Source of the DNA: a virus
Lineage: Duplodnaviria > Caudoviricetes
Virus record (IMG/VR): IMGVR_UViG_3300021168_000032
Span: 1-59,068 of that record
Length of the DNA stretch: 59,068 nucleotides
Strand: one strand, 5' to 3'
This document shows, one piece after another, positions 56,809 to 59,068 of this stretch. The position numbers were made by a program, and so were the translations under genes. How positions within the stretch are numbered: position 1 is the first letter of the stretch; each line of letters begins with the position of its first letter. The notes beneath the pieces are model-generated. The model was not told the DNA's origin. It saw nothing but the letters and a program-made list of their open reading frames with translations, and did no database searches.

Positions 56809-57352
56809 TTTTGTCCACCTCGATAGTCTTCGTGAGTCCAGGAGAGCCAGCACCTAACTCTCCTTGCCCAGCCGTCACAAAAGATATGGTGATGGGTGAG
56901 GGAGGACCAGCTGCGCTCCAGCCTTTCTGGATCTCCATGAGGCGCGGCTTGTTCGCGTTGGAGTCTACCACCTCGAGCAGCTCCCGGATTGAAAACTGGT
57001 TAGGATCTTCGGCGATCCGGTCTGTCAGCTCATCTACTGCCATCTCGCCGAGGCGCGCTTGCTTTGCGCGAAGGTCCAGCATTTCGGCTTCAGCTTGGCG
57101 CGTGTAGTGTGCGACCAGCTCTTGGAATGCGGGGTTGGCCGTCGCTAGATTGGAAATGTACTGGGGGGTGTAGCCGCCTGCAACTGCTACGTCGATGTAG
57201 GATGCTCCAGTGGCAATAAGCTGGGCTAATCTGTGGTGGGAGGATTTTAGCTTCACCACTGAGACGTTGCCCATGTGGCCGGGCTTCTCCTTGTGGGGGA
57301 AGAAGTCATCACCCAGCAGCTCATCAAGAATTGGGTCCGCTCTAAAGGACAT
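56801..57352 (-). CDS. HTH protein, putative terminase small subunit
   Basis: HHRLAQLIATG.S..DVA...GYT.QYIS.L...PAFQELV; C-terminal ITISFV; early position in late operon. Confidence 0.55.
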   Translation of the reverse strand: MSFRADPILDELLGDDFFPHKEKPGHMGNVSVVKLKSSHHRLAQLIATGASYIDVAVAGGYTPQYISNLATANPAFQELVAHYTRQAEAEMLDLRAKQARLGEMAVDELTDRIAEDPNQFSIRELLEVVDSNANKPRLMEIQKGWSAAGPPSPITISFVTAGQGELGAGSPGLTKTIEVDKND

Positions 57353-57364
57353 CTACAATCCTAT

Positions 57365-57613
57365 TCATGGAGTCGAAAGTTGAGCCGAAGGCTCAACTGA
57401 GACTCCTCGGCTGAGCGTCGCTTCACGCGCCCGGAACTTGGCGCAGATGGCTTCAATTTTATGGTGGTTCTTCGCCACGGCTTCTAGAGATATGACTAGC
57501 TCTTTAGGAGGATTGAGGAAAGCTTGTCTTTCCTCAATCCTCCTAGCCGCCTCCTGGTTCAGTCGGATGACCGCGTAGGTCTCAGCATCCAGATCGGTTA
57601 GAGTTTGGCCCAT
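57365..57613 (-). CDS. hypothetical protein (possibly leaderless)
   Basis: ATG 6 nt after a -10-like box. Confidence 0.55.
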   Translation of the reverse strand: MGQTLTDLDAETYAVIRLNQEAARRIEERQAFLNPPKELVISLEAVAKNHHKIEAICAKFRAREATLSRGVSVEPSAQLSTP

Positions 57614-57619
57614 TGTGGG

Positions 57620-57647
57620 AGTATGCGCTACTGCCGACTTTTGTCAA
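57620..57647 (-). promoter_or_regulatory. sigma70-type promoter heading the leftward operon
   Basis: TTGACA-N16-CATACT on - strand. Confidence 0.5.
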
Positions 57648-57810
57648 GGGGAAATCGGCCATATGGGTAAAAATACCTATAGCGTGGCCCAACTACTGAG
57701 ATGGAATGGCCTTCGGCCACTCCCTGTGGGTCAGATGTTTTTTGCAAAACTACGCCTGCCATCACAACAGTCTCGGTTAGGATCTCTATCAGGCCGCCCT
57801 CCCCCCTTCA

Positions 57811-57834
57811 AACCGGAGCCTTTCGGCTCCGGTT
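57811..57834. terminator. GC-rich hairpin, possible terminator
   Basis: AACCGGAGCC-TTTC-GGCTCCGGTT just past the stop of 57845-58045; GAAA loop on - strand; weak U-tail. Confidence 0.4.
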
Positions 57835-57844
57835 CTGGATGGTC

Positions 57845-58045
57845 CTAACCGAATCTCAACTGCTCGGTCGCGTTGAACTCGTCCACCGCATTGAAGTCAT
57901 CAATGCTGTCCCACACATCCTTAAAGCAGTCAAAGAACCCATTTTCCTGCCAATACAAACCGTGCTCCTCATCTCGATAGATATCGAACCCCTGATATTT
58001 GCCAACCGCATACCCGCCTCGAGACATCCAACCAGTCGTCGTCAT
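57845..58045 (-). CDS. small acidic protein
   Basis: GGAGGT RBS before ATG 58045. Confidence 0.55.
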   Translation of the reverse strand: MTTTGWMSRGGYAVGKYQGFDIYRDEEHGLYWQENGFFDCFKDVWDSIDDFNAVDEFNATEQLRFG

Positions 58046-58155
58046 CGCAACCTCCATTTGAACGTCCCCATCATGACACGGCAATGAGGCCGAGTCAAGC
58101 TCGGCCTCATCACATTTTGTGACTGGGGATGGACCTTGCGGTCCATCCCACTCCT

Positions 58156-58791
58156 TCAGATAAGGTCGGCTAGCGCGTCCTCAGCCGTCTGAGCCACAGT
58201 CGTCACCGGCTTGACCGCGTTAGCCTTCGCCAGCTTCGCCTTCTCCATCCGGGCGGCGTGTTCAACTGCAGCCTCGGCAAGGAACCGCTCAGCATACTTA
58301 TTGTACACCATATCGGCCAAGTCTTCCCGAGTCATCATGCGACCAACGAACTCGATCTTAGCATCCTCTGCCTTGATCCCGTTCTTCCGATCAGCCTTGG
58401 GCCAGTAGCCCTTTGGCGCAAGCTTCGCCTCGGCCTCCTTGTAAGCCAGCTCCATCGCAATATTCTCGATAGTGCTGCCTCTTGGTCCACCAATCCTGAG
58501 TCCGACAGTCCCGTCAAGTATCTTCTTGACCATGGACTCTCGCAGCTCAATCTTGGCCGCGTCTTCATTGAACTCCCAATCCGCTTCGCCCTCATGCTCC
58601 TTTTCAGCCTTCTCCTTCACCTTGACCAGTGAGGCCGCAACCTCATTGCCCAGCTTGTGAATGATCCCCTGCTTGGCCAAGCCCACAAATGTCTCTTGCG
58701 GGATTGCATCCAAATCAATGTCAACATCGCCCCACCTAAAGACTCCCATAAGGGCATTGACGCTTGTCGTATCTTGAAGGTTGGTATCCAT
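58156..58791 (-). CDS. hypothetical protein (charged, helical)
   Basis: AAGGAG RBS; own promoter-like sequence upstream. Confidence 0.75.
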   Translation of the reverse strand: MDTNLQDTTSVNALMGVFRWGDVDIDLDAIPQETFVGLAKQGIIHKLGNEVAASLVKVKEKAEKEHEGEADWEFNEDAAKIELRESMVKKILDGTVGLRIGGPRGSTIENIAMELAYKEAEAKLAPKGYWPKADRKNGIKAEDAKIEFVGRMMTREDLADMVYNKYAERFLAEAAVEHAARMEKAKLAKANAVKPVTTVAQTAEDALADLI

Positions 58792-58834
58792 CTTACTCTC
58801 CTTTGGCAAAGGGCCATCCCCTTGCCACCCAATG

Positions 58835-58899
58835 AACCTAATCCGACTCGAAAAATAAGTCAACAATTATTTTGACATCAGTCGATCACGAAATATTAC
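58835..58899. promoter_or_regulatory. back-to-back sigma70-like promoters
   Basis: - strand TTGACT-N17-TAGGTT (58863-58835); + strand TTGACA-N16-TATTAC (58872-58899). Confidence 0.4.
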
Positions 58900-59025
58900 T
58901 AGCCTCCGATCCGGGATGGACCATCCAATGGTGGGCCAAATCACATACAACCCCCATATAACCCATCTTAAGACGCGTTCCACGCACCCCGGCCAAAAGC
59001 GCAAAGGGATCAAGGCAGTATTCTT

Positions 59026-59064
<39 letters not shown>

Positions 59065-59068
59065 AACA

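Larger units (their letters stand above)
271..58149. repeat. dispersed family of short palindromes (variable 9-18 bp stems, shared A-rich 2-5 nt loop usually closed by GC/GC)
   Basis: Read directly at 271-303, 2225-2257, 3196-3229, 3472-3501, 3969-3996, 4653-4678, 4983-5008, 5034-5055, 5346-5371, 5593-5621, 8054-8085, 9495-9525, 10210-10244, 10597-10629, 10654-10681, 11554-11587, 11626-11650, 12096-12121, 12411-12438, 14054-14082, 16262-16291, 16610-16648, 18044-18078, 19253-19287, 19667-19704, 26654-26683, 28115-28145, 29016-29048, 33907-33943, 35367-35395, 37190-37214, 38068-38092, 39346-39370, 40317-40339, 42630-42650, 47596-47632, 47678-47712, 50340-50376, 50447-50476, 51957-51989, 52006-52040, 55742-55774, 55874-55897, 56242-56272, 56725-56752, 57378-57398, 58084-58110, 58126-58149. 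Confidence 0.92.

Overview
This looks like an essentially complete, ~59 kb tailed-phage genome with P22-like podovirus morphogenesis genes. The contig is broken at a long poly(dA) tract seen at both ends. The host is probably an alphaproteobacterium (inference from the PEPxxWA-CTERM gene, the LuxR-type HTH and the head-binding domain style). The + strand (321-22464) carries early and replication genes: a MoxR-type AAA ATPase with a putative partner, ParB-like, J-domain, HTH, PEP-CTERM, SLOG, Cas4-like nuclease, Sak4-like ATPase, putative SSB, a ParB-methyltransferase fusion, a split family A DNA polymerase (UDG+exonuclease / polymerase) and a P-loop helicase-like protein. The - strand (58791-22451) carries putative TerS, a block of signal-peptide-bearing proteins, GH19 endolysin and holin, TerL, portal, lysozyme-, SLT- and ART-like proteins, scaffold, coat, adaptor, fibres, gp10-like hub and ejection proteins. 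I recognised no integrase, primase, tRNA or CRISPR array. Two signals stand out. (1) More than 40 short palindromes with unrelated but mostly perfectly paired stems share a GC-(T)AA(A)-GC-type loop and sit at gene junctions, over ribosome-binding sites and inside gene termini. (2) Virion-type proteins, including a tailspike head-binding protein, carry Sec/Tat-like export signals and cluster around the lysis genes. All calls are by eye from motifs; no database searches were run.
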